Source of the DNA: a virus
Lineage: Duplodnaviria; Caudoviricetes
Virus record (IMG/VR): IMGVR_UViG_3300030376_002994
Span: 1-43,821 of that record
Length of the DNA stretch: 43,821 nucleotides
Direction: 5' to 3' (one strand)
Positions within the stretch are counted from its first letter, which is position 1, and every line of letters begins with the position of its first letter. Positions 36,142 to 43,821 of this stretch are shown here, in pieces. The position numbers and the translations under genes were made by a program. The notes beneath the pieces are model-generated. The model ran no database searches. It was not told where the DNA came from and saw nothing but the letters and a program-made list of their open reading frames with translations.

Positions 36142-37118
36142 TGGCAAAACCATTTGTTGAAGGTGAAGATTTACAAATATGGTTATATTCTCCTGATGGA
36201 CAAAGAGTTAAAAAACAATCTGGTAGAAGAAAAGGTGAAAACCAATCTGAAGCTAGTTATTACATTGATGAGTTAGGCTATACAACTAGTAATCCTAAAG
36301 CTGGAAAAATAGAAGATGTAAGAGAAATAGAAGAAGGTATGGAAAGAGCTAATCTCTTATTTAATTTTATGCCTGAACAAGTTAAAAATGAATTTGCTAA
36401 ATCATGGGTAGAATTAGGAGATGTTGAATTAGCTAAATCTAAAGCTAGGTCTACACCTGCATGGGAAAATGAATTTAGTTATTTAAGAAGAAAAGATGGT
36501 TCTTTAGTTATGTCTGAAATAGAAGCTGTAGCTACTAAAGCATCTTATAGAGAATCATTAGGAGAAGTAGGTATTGTAGATACTTCAGGATTTGAACAAC
36601 AGTTTGAACAAATGATTACTGGTGAAGTATCAGCACAAGAGTTTCAACAAAGAATAGATACTGTATGGAATACTGTTAAGAATAATATTCCACAAGTAGA
36701 ATCAATGTTTAGAAATCAATACAATATTAGTTCAGATACACCTACTATATTTGCTGCATTAATCAATCCAGAGATACAAGATAAATTATTAAACGGTGAG
36801 TTAACATCATTAAGTATAGGAGCAGAAGCTAAAGCTGGTGGATTTAATAGAAGTTTTGCAAGATTTGATGCACTTAGAAAAGCTGGTTTAGACCAAAAAG
36901 GAGCTAGACAATTATATCAAACAGCTGAACCATTACTTGACAGAGCTAGTTCAGTAGGTAATGCATTAGGTATAGAAACATTAGAAGCTGCTGCTGTAGG
37001 TGACATGAAAGCTCAACAAAGAGTATCAAGAGCACAATCAGAAATACTATCCGATAGTAGTACTGTAGTAGGAGCTGCTAAAAATAATAAACAAGTTAGT
37101 GGACTTTTAGAACAATAA
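36141..37118 (+). CDS. putative internal virion protein
   Basis: Context; helical, Ala-rich C-terminus. Confidence 0.55.
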   Translation: MAKPFVEGEDLQIWLYSPDGQRVKKQSGRRKGENQSEASYYIDELGYTTSNPKAGKIEDVREIEEGMERANLLFNFMPEQVKNEFAKSWVELGDVELAKSKARSTPAWENEFSYLRRKDGSLVMSEIEAVATKASYRESLGEVGIVDTSGFEQQFEQMITGEVSAQEFQQRIDTVWNTVKNNIPQVESMFRNQYNISSDTPTIFAALINPEIQDKLLNGELTSLSIGAEAKAGGFNRSFARFDALRKAGLDQKGARQLYQTAEPLLDRASSVGNALGIETLEAAAVGDMKAQQRVSRAQSEILSDSSTVVGAAKNNKQVSGLLEQ

Positions 37119-37127
37119 GTGTATAAT
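37119..37127 (+). promoter_or_regulatory. -10 element for the scaffold/capsid transcript
   Basis: GTGTATAAT directly after the stop codon; the same 9-mer occurs at 6344-6352. Confidence 0.6.
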
Positions 37128-37134
37128 AAAGTTT

Positions 37135-37312
37135 AAGCGTTGCAAGGTCCGCTTTAAATGACCGCACAACAGCTTTCAGGGCCTGCGTAGAAAGCTTGTA
37201 CTAAAACCGCAGAGTAAGGACTTAGGATTAAAACCCTACCAAATTCTAAGTCAAGTGTGAAGGTAGGGCCGCAACTAATGTCCACGGGATTAGTTTGTAA
37301 GGTAAAACCGTG
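37135..37312 (+). ncRNA. structured 5' leader with four tandem H-type pseudoknots
   Basis: Four stem-loops whose loops each pair with a downstream segment (4-7 bp); detailed in findings. Confidence 0.72.
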
Positions 37313-37325
37313 TGGAGGTACGATT

Positions 37326-37790
37326 ATGAGTGAATTTGACGGTATTGAAAATACTGGCGTAAAAGCAATGCGTGATACCATTGATAGAAAAAATGAAGAA
37401 ATCGCTAAATTACAAGGTGAACTTCATCAACATAAGGATGCAAAGCTAAGTACTGTTGTAAAACAGATAGGTTTAAATCCAGACAATGGTTTAGGAAAAG
37501 CATTAAAACAAGTGTATGACGGTGAGGCAACAGCCGAAGCTGTCGCAGAGTTTGCTAAGACTGAGTATAGTTATGAGCCAACAGTAGGACTTCAGGAGGT
37601 CACACAGACTGAACTCCCACCAGTTGTTCAAGACGATGCAAGGGCTAGAGTAGCTACACTTGACGATTATTCACAAAGTGATGTGCCAAGAGATGTTCTG
37701 AACGACCTTCAGGAAATCATTAGCAAGGGTACTCCGAAAGATAGTATCCGAGCAAGACTTACTCTGATGGAAGACGAAAAGAACAAATAA
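37326..37790 (+). CDS. capsid scaffolding protein; start moved to MSEFDG
   Basis: Directly upstream of capsid gene; coiled coil; GGAGG RBS. Confidence 0.75.
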   Translation: MSEFDGIENTGVKAMRDTIDRKNEEIAKLQGELHQHKDAKLSTVVKQIGLNPDNGLGKALKQVYDGEATAEAVAEFAKTEYSYEPTVGLQEVTQTELPPVVQDDARARVATLDDYSQSDVPRDVLNDLQEIISKGTPKDSIRARLTLMEDEKNK

Positions 37791-37825
37791 GTATAAGTAC
37801 AAGATAGAGTTTACGGAGGTAAATC

Positions 37826-38950
37826 ATGGCAAGCATAAGCTTGACAAATAACGCTATTTACTCACAGAAGATTAATAACTTTTCTGGTGAGTTATTCCGT
37901 GTAGGTGGTCAAAGAACTCCTTTCTTATCTGCAACTGGTGGATTAAACGGAGGTAAGGTTTTACAATCTACTTTCTGGCAAATCCAAGCAGCTGACAGTC
38001 ACACAGTATCTTCTGAGCCAACAAAAGGCCAAGAAGGTGCACAACCAACTGAATATCTCGGAAGAGATAGAGTTGCGTTTACAGGTGTGACGCAGGTATT
38101 CCATAAAGGTGTCAAGATGACCTATACTGCAATGGCGACTTTTCAACATCAAAATCCATTTGACTTGAGTGCAAATATTATTAACTCATCAGATGGTGAC
38201 GGAACAGTTACAGCAGCTGATAAATTATCATTAGCTGGTGGTAACCCAATTGTTGACGAGTTCTCAGAACAACTAACTCTCGCTCTTGAAAAGGTAGCTC
38301 GTGAAGTTGAATGGTTCGCATTCAATGGTACTTTTGCCGATGGTGCTAATACCACCCCAGGTTCAGGTACTAGAGAAATGAGAGGACTTTCAGAATATAT
38401 AGCATTAAATGCTAATGCTAATAATACAGTAGCTCCAACTGGTACTGGCGGAAATGTTTATTATAACGACTCTGCTGGTGACGGTTCTGCTGCTGCTAGA
38501 GTTCTTTCATGGGATGCAATCGCAGGTGCTATGAAGCGTCTATATGATGCTCACGCACCAATGATTCAACCAGTGCTTTGTGTAAATCCAAAGCAACTAC
38601 TTGACCTTAACAAGGAATTGTTAACTGGTACAGTAGGTATTACTGGAACTATCCTACCAAGAGATAGAAGTATCGCTGGTATCGACATTGATACTATCGT
38701 TACTCCTTTCGGTGCAATTGGTCTTATGGTCATCGACCCTAACATCATGCCTGCCGATAGTGCATTTATCCTTGACTTTGCTTTCATACAACCAGTATTC
38801 ACAAATATCCCAGGATATGGTACTGTGTTCGTGAGAGACTTAGACCAAGACGATTATGCAAGAGTTGGAAAAGCAGTTTACATGGAAATGGGATATGACT
38901 TTGGTCCGCCAAGTTATCATCTCAAATTCGTTGATGCTGATTCAGCATAA
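37826..38950 (+). CDS. major capsid protein (HK97 fold, DUF5309/SU10-like)
   Basis: TPFLS, TQVFHKGVKMTYTA, REVEWFAFNG, REMRGL, IVTPFG; GGAGGT RBS; followed by a terminator. Confidence 0.9.
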   Translation: MASISLTNNAIYSQKINNFSGELFRVGGQRTPFLSATGGLNGGKVLQSTFWQIQAADSHTVSSEPTKGQEGAQPTEYLGRDRVAFTGVTQVFHKGVKMTYTAMATFQHQNPFDLSANIINSSDGDGTVTAADKLSLAGGNPIVDEFSEQLTLALEKVAREVEWFAFNGTFADGANTTPGSGTREMRGLSEYIALNANANNTVAPTGTGGNVYYNDSAGDGSAAARVLSWDAIAGAMKRLYDAHAPMIQPVLCVNPKQLLDLNKELLTGTVGITGTILPRDRSIAGIDIDTIVTPFGAIGLMVIDPNIMPADSAFILDFAFIQPVFTNIPGYGTVFVRDLDQDDYARVGKAVYMEMGYDFGPPSYHLKFVDADSA

Positions 38951-38969
38951 ATAAAAAATATTGAAGATT

Positions 38970-39000
38970 AGGGTGGGAATCCACCTCTCACCCTTTTCTT
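38970..39000 (+). terminator. intrinsic terminator after the capsid gene
   Basis: AGGGTGGGA/TCTCACCCT stem followed by TTTCTT. Confidence 0.8.
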
Positions 39001-39019
39001 CTGCTATAGTAGAGAGACA

Positions 39020-39352
39020 ATGATTAAAGTAAAAACAGTTTTAATAGACATATCGGAAGATAATAGTAACTCACTCAGTTTTAAGACTGATGGTCTATTG
39101 TTATCAGGAATTAAATTTCCTGCAGCAATGACAGGTTCTACAATTACATTTGACCATTCAATGGATAACTCCACATGGGCTGATGTAAAAGAAACTGATG
39201 GAAGTGATGTAAGTTATACTATATCAGTTGGAGATATAGTAAGACTTGACCCTAGTGGTTGGGCCTTTGCATCAGAAGGTTGGTTAAGAATTACATCTTC
39301 TGGTAATGAAGCGGCAGATAGAAGTTTAGAAGTATACCTAAGACATAGTTAG
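39020..39352 (+). CDS. small beta-rich structural protein (decoration/spike-base-like)
   Basis: Jelly-roll-like ITFDHSMDNSTW...WLRITS; upstream TGcTATAGT. Confidence 0.6.
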   Translation: MIKVKTVLIDISEDNSNSLSFKTDGLLLSGIKFPAAMTGSTITFDHSMDNSTWADVKETDGSDVSYTISVGDIVRLDPSGWAFASEGWLRITSSGNEAADRSLEVYLRHS

Positions 39353-39360
39353 GAGGTTTT

Positions 39361-40392
39361 GTGAGTAATACAATAGCCGACCTAATTAATAGGACATATA
39401 GAGAATATCTAGAACCAGTAGATTCTGTAGAAAGTTATTCTTATATAACTAATACAGATTCTTTAAGTAGTGGTACTGGATTAACTTCATCAGGCACAAC
39501 AGTAAAGTATGACGGTAATTTGTTTTCTGTTGAAGAAGAAGATGCATTAGATGCTGGTGCAATTATAGAGATTGGCCAAGAGTTAATGTATTCTACTGCA
39601 TTAAATACAACAGCTAACGAGATTACAGTTAAAAGAGGACAAAGAGGAACTACAGCTGCTGAGCATGCTAATGGTTCTCTAATTAAAATAGCTCCTGCAT
39701 TTCCTAGAAAAAATATTTATGATGCAGTCATTGACCAAGTTAAAAATTTATATCCTACATTATTTGCTGTAGAAACAATAGATGTTACAAGTGGTACAGG
39801 TTATAGAATATTAGGAAATTATGGTAGTGACCAAGATAGTTATAACTATTTAGTTACTCCAATTAAAGCTATATCGCAATATACAGATTGGAGTGCAGGT
39901 TCAGACCAAACAGGATTAACTTATAAACCTGTAGGTATTGAATTAATAGACTTACCTAATCCATTTACTTGGACAGATGATACAAGCACAGAAAGAACTA
40001 AAACATACACAACAGGCCCAGATGTAGTACATGCATTACAATTTGCAGGTATAGCTTCAGGCCATACAACATATGTAACTTTTAAAAAGAAATTTGTAAT
40101 ACCAACTTCTGAAGCTACTACATTAACAGCAGTAGGTTTAGAAACAGAATACGAACCTATAATTATGGCAGGTGTGGCTGCACAGTTACTTGCTGGAAAA
40201 GATATTAATATGGTGGATACTCCTTATATAACTGAACAATTAGAAGCTGCAGTATATCCTGTAGGTAGTTCTAGTTCTATTAGAAATTCATTATTACAAT
40301 ATCAACAAGTACTTATAAGCCAAGCTAGAAGTAATTTGAGGTCTAAATATCCGGAGGCTGTCCTATTACAAGGCGTTAGTTATCCTTCGTAA
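39361..40392 (+). CDS. head-tail adaptor / tail tubular protein A-like
   Basis: TIADLINR N-terminus; inserted IEIGQELM...VKRGQRGTTAAEH domain; position. Confidence 0.65.
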   Translation: MSNTIADLINRTYREYLEPVDSVESYSYITNTDSLSSGTGLTSSGTTVKYDGNLFSVEEEDALDAGAIIEIGQELMYSTALNTTANEITVKRGQRGTTAAEHANGSLIKIAPAFPRKNIYDAVIDQVKNLYPTLFAVETIDVTSGTGYRILGNYGSDQDSYNYLVTPIKAISQYTDWSAGSDQTGLTYKPVGIELIDLPNPFTWTDDTSTERTKTYTTGPDVVHALQFAGIASGHTTYVTFKKKFVIPTSEATTLTAVGLETEYEPIIMAGVAAQLLAGKDINMVDTPYITEQLEAAVYPVGSSSSIRNSLLQYQQVLISQARSNLRSKYPEAVLLQGVSYPS

Positions 40393-42359
40393 TGCCTAGA
40401 ATAGCCACTACTGATTTAATTGCTAACCCTAGAAGATATGGGTATGACTTTAGAATTGATAGATTATTACTTCGTGCTGCTATAGGTCCTGAAAGGCCTA
40501 TGACTATACAGTCATCAGATGTTCAAGAAGGCCAATCAATTAATGTTAAACAAAATCCTGAAGATTTTACTTCTAACATAGGTCGTGTATTTTCAAGAAG
40601 TAATTTTTCTGCAGGCCAAGGGTTAGATACTGCACATAGAAGCAATGGACAACCTGATGATGTAAATAGATTTTGGGATAGTAAGGGTATAGATGTATTT
40701 CATGCAGATGATGAAACATCATATAGTGTACATTTATTACATACAATGCAAGATGAAGGCATCAACTTTACTAGTAGCAATAATTATTTGACACAAACTA
40801 CAGATGGAAAACTATGGGTAACTGATGCTAATAAAATTTATAAATCAATTAATTACGGTGATACATGGACACAAGAAACAACAGGTAACACACATAACTT
40901 TACAGGTATAACTTCTGTAGGTAATAGAGTATTTGCTACTACTGCTAATAATGATAATACTGCTTCAGAACTTTTAGAATACACTAGTAGTTGGAATGCA
41001 AGAACAACTGCACAAACATCAAGTGGTGGTTTAAATGGTATATGGTTTTATAAAGGTGTATTAATTATTGCTGGAGATGATGCGACTGTAGAAAGAGTAT
41101 GGGTTATAACTCCTTTTAATCAAACTTGGAGTTCATCAGACTTAGCAGATGGTGATGCTTTAGTTAGTTTTGAAAGTACACATAGTGTTTCACAAGTTAT
41201 AGATGCTGGTGCTGTAATACTTGTAGCTAGTACTAATGGAGATATATATTCTATTAAAGATAATGCTGGTACTTGGGCTTTAAGAGGTCAGACACATATA
41301 CCTTTTGAAGAAGTACATTCTATTGCAGCTACAGAAGGTATTGTATTTTTTGGAACAAAAGATAAATCTTCAGATGTAGGAAGATTCTATCGTGCAGAAT
41401 TATTAGTTGCTAACGATTTACATGTACTAGGTCAAAGACAATTAATTAAAGAATGGAATATATCAGGACAAAATACTACACCTAAATTTATGTTTGTATC
41501 AAGAGACAGTGTTTATATGGGTATTAAAGAAGGTTCAAGTGAATCATATTTGTGGCGATATTATCTACCAACAGGTGGTATAGCTAGAGATTTGAAAGCA
41601 AGTGCTGGTGGTCTTGTTACTGGAATTACTAATTCTGCTGGTAAATTTATAATGGTTGTAGCTGGTGCTGATATATGGAGAGAAACATCTACATACGAAA
41701 GTACAGGTTATCTTATAACATCTGCAGCAGATTTCTTTACAGCTGAATCAAAACAGTTTGTAGGTGCAGAGTTATCTACAAAAGAACTAGATGCAAATGT
41801 ATCAGTAGATTTATATTATAATAATAATTTTGAAGATTTAGATAATCCTGATAGTACTAATTATAACAGAGCTATTAACCAAATATCTGGTACAGGTGAT
41901 ACTGAAAAGCAAATAAAACCTGTAGCAAGATATATTATAGGTAAATTAGTTTTAAATTCTGAAAATGGTGTAAATACACCTTATGTTAAATCTATACAAT
42001 TTAGAGCATTAGCAAGACCAGAACTTGTAGTAGCACAAATACCTGTAAATATATCAGATAGAGTAGAAAGGCCTGGAAGAAAACCTCTTAGGGTTAAATC
42101 TTTAGGTGAATCTGTTTATCAAGAGTTAAGATTGTTAGAAGGTGATGCTGTTACATTAGAAATATTTGACCCTAATGAAGTAATTAAAGGTGTAGTAGAG
42201 CAAATAAGTTATCCTATTACAACTAACTCTGAAAGAGGTTCTGTATTAACATATGCTACTATAACTGTAAGAGGTACTAGACAAACAACAGTTGTGGAAC
42301 CTTCTTCTACAGTTGTCTTCGGTATTGGAAAATTAGGTGAAGTAAGATTTGGTGGATAA
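40392..42359 (+). CDS. tail nozzle / tubular protein B-like beta-propeller
   Basis: Propeller-like repeats (IYKSINYGDTW); size; position. Confidence 0.65.
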   Translation: MPRIATTDLIANPRRYGYDFRIDRLLLRAAIGPERPMTIQSSDVQEGQSINVKQNPEDFTSNIGRVFSRSNFSAGQGLDTAHRSNGQPDDVNRFWDSKGIDVFHADDETSYSVHLLHTMQDEGINFTSSNNYLTQTTDGKLWVTDANKIYKSINYGDTWTQETTGNTHNFTGITSVGNRVFATTANNDNTASELLEYTSSWNARTTAQTSSGGLNGIWFYKGVLIIAGDDATVERVWVITPFNQTWSSSDLADGDALVSFESTHSVSQVIDAGAVILVASTNGDIYSIKDNAGTWALRGQTHIPFEEVHSIAATEGIVFFGTKDKSSDVGRFYRAELLVANDLHVLGQRQLIKEWNISGQNTTPKFMFVSRDSVYMGIKEGSSESYLWRYYLPTGGIARDLKASAGGLVTGITNSAGKFIMVVAGADIWRETSTYESTGYLITSAADFFTAESKQFVGAELSTKELDANVSVDLYYNNNFEDLDNPDSTNYNRAINQISGTGDTEKQIKPVARYIIGKLVLNSENGVNTPYVKSIQFRALARPELVVAQIPVNISDRVERPGRKPLRVKSLGESVYQELRLLEGDAVTLEIFDPNEVIKGVVEQISYPITTNSERGSVLTYATITVRGTRQTTVVEPSSTVVFGIGKLGEVRFGG

Positions 42360-42383
42360 AAAAAATATGGTAAGATATTAATT

Positions 42384-42560
42384 ATGTCAATATTGATAAT
42401 GCTAAAGGAAGGTGGTAGTCTTGATATAGATGGTAATCCACCACCTATTGATGAAGACATTGACTTTACAGATGATGTAAGCTATTCTGCTATAGTAGGA
42501 TTAGCAAGTTTTGGATTATCACAATTTGGTAATACAGTGAATACGGAGAAGAAAGCGTAA
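42384..42560 (+). CDS. 58-aa hypothetical tail-region protein, probably leaderless (not in ORF track)
   Basis: MSILIMLKEGG...FGLSQFGNTVNTEKKA*; TGgTAAGAT 7 nt before ATG; TAATG overlap with next gene. Confidence 0.6.
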   Translation: MSILIMLKEGGSLDIDGNPPPIDEDIDFTDDVSYSAIVGLASFGLSQFGNTVNTEKKA

Positions 42561-43498
42561 TGACATTACAAACAGCAAAGTATAGTAACTTTTTTGAAAC
42601 AACCTTAGATGGTGCAGTAGGTGCTTCAGATACTAATATGACTTTAACAGCAGCTCCAACAGACGGAGCCTCAAATATTTCTGCACCTTATTATTTAGTA
42701 TTAGACCCAGATAGTGTAACTAAAAGAGAAGTAGTTTTAGTAACAGGTTCATCTGGTACTACATTAAGTGCAGTAACAAGAGATGTAGAAGGAAGACATT
42801 CACCAGACCCATCACATGCTGATGATGTAACAGTCCGTATGGCTGTTGTTGGAGAAATGTTTGAAGATTTACATGACAGACTTAATGATGTAGCTTTAAC
42901 AGGAGATGTTACAGGTACTATTAGTTCATCTACACAAGATATAGCTACAACAATAGGTGCTAGCTCTGTACAAGTAGGTAACATAGATTTCTTAGTTGAT
43001 GAAGATAACATGTCTTCTGACTCAGCAGTCAAGGTTCCTACACAACAATCAGTTAAAGCATATGCAGATACTATGTTACCTAAAGCAGGTGGAACATTAA
43101 CAGGTGGATTAAATGCAGGAGACCAACAAGTAAGTGCTCTTGTATTAAAAGATTATGCTGAGTTAGAAGTAGCGGTTACATCAGCAACAACATTAGCAAT
43201 TAATTTAGCTAATGGTAATTGTGGCACAGTAACATTAGGACACAATGTAACAGATATAGATTTTACAAATGTGCCAACAGATTTTGCTACATTTACTTTA
43301 GTAGTAACACAAGACGGAACTGGTTCTAGAACAATGGCAATCAACGCAATAACTGTTAATGCAGATAGTCATCAAACAGCTAAGACTGCAGGTGGTGCAG
43401 GACTAACACTATCAACCGCAGCAGCATCTTTAGATATAATTACATTTTTATTTGTAAATGAAACACCATACTTATTTAGCCAGCTAGCGTTTGCATAA
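42560..43498 (+). CDS. tail fibre protein
   Basis: LTGDVTG, VPTQQSVKAYAD, LPKAGGTLTGGL, TLVVTQDGTGSRT motifs. Confidence 0.8.
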   Translation: MTLQTAKYSNFFETTLDGAVGASDTNMTLTAAPTDGASNISAPYYLVLDPDSVTKREVVLVTGSSGTTLSAVTRDVEGRHSPDPSHADDVTVRMAVVGEMFEDLHDRLNDVALTGDVTGTISSSTQDIATTIGASSVQVGNIDFLVDEDNMSSDSAVKVPTQQSVKAYADTMLPKAGGTLTGGLNAGDQQVSALVLKDYAELEVAVTSATTLAINLANGNCGTVTLGHNVTDIDFTNVPTDFATFTLVVTQDGTGSRTMAINAITVNADSHQTAKTAGGAGLTLSTAAASLDIITFLFVNETPYLFSQLAFA

Positions 43499-43821
43499 TG
43501 GCTCCATTAGGTGCGGCTAGGGCCTTAATCACAAGTGGTGGTGACTTAGGTAAATTAGAATTAATAGCACCAACACAAACTATCACAAGTAATCAAGCTG
43601 CAGTAGAGTTTACTTCACTTCAAGAAAGTTCATACAATGTTCACTTATTAACAATATCTAGAATGAAACCAAGTGTAGATAATAAAGCAATAGAAATTGC
43701 AGTATCAAATGATGGTGGCAGTGGTTATGAAGGTTCTAACTATGATTGGGCTTGGATGTATATGAAAGGTAATGGAACATTTTCAGAAAAAAACAATACA
43801 AGTGGTGGAGATTTTACAATA
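43498..43821 (+). CDS. tail-fibre-associated protein, N-terminal part (partial)
   Basis: MAPLGAARALITSGGDLGKLELIAPTQT...; open to the window end. Confidence 0.7.
   Translation, partial: MAPLGAARALITSGGDLGKLELIAPTQTITSNQAAVEFTSLQESSYNVHLLTISRMKPSVDNKAIEIAVSNDGGSGYEGSNYDWAWMYMKGNGTFSEKNNTSGGDFTI

Noticed and set aside
37190-37212. SAM-II or preQ1 riboswitch (TGTA..CTAAAA resemblance)
   Set aside because: The conserved ligand-binding loop nucleotides are absent and the downstream gene is structural.
37135-37312. Pseudoknot string as the missing body of a split tmRNA
   Set aside because: No complementarity to the mini-tmRNA helix noticed, no tag ORF ending in Ala-Ala, and it sits 25 kb away as a 5' leader.
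1-43821. Alternative genetic code; whiB actinophage marker
   Set aside because: ORFs tile tightly under the standard code using all three stops. No WhiB Cys/GVWGG motif was seen, so the host assignment remains an inference.

Overview
Near-complete genome (~43.8 kb, AT-rich) of a tailed dsDNA phage, most likely a podovirus. The host is inferred to be a low-GC aquatic actinobacterium (Ca. Actinomarina/acI-like), from the r1t-type holin, the acidic surface protein plus membrane partner, and leaderless promoters. Two arms diverge from a non-coding control region at 18483-19013. The rightward arm encodes terminase, portal, large internal virion proteins, scaffold, major capsid, tail adaptor/nozzle and tail fibres. 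It wraps round the window ends to a lysis/surface cassette at 1-7556. The leftward arm (18482 to 7608) encodes an SSB-like protein, a DUF1281-like protein, a MoxR AAA+/VWA pair, a metallophosphoesterase, a Rad52/Sak annealase, a lytic transglycosylase and a SET-domain protein. No DNA polymerase, primase, helicase or integrase is recognisable. The most unusual content is non-coding: (1) a 78-nt RNA that is the tRNA-like domain of tmRNA (G3:U70, stemless D-loop, CCA) with no mRNA-like domain; (2) an adjacent three-way-junction RNA displaying an anti-Shine-Dalgarno loop; (3) an array of GTTA-loop mini-hairpins with different stems in the control region, with the same hairpin in two matching promoter-like cassettes; (4) two long G:U-rich stem RNAs built from alternating copies of one 8-nt motif; (5) four tandem H-type pseudoknots upstream of scaffold/capsid. 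All calls are by-eye motif and base-pairing analysis; no searches or folding programs were run.
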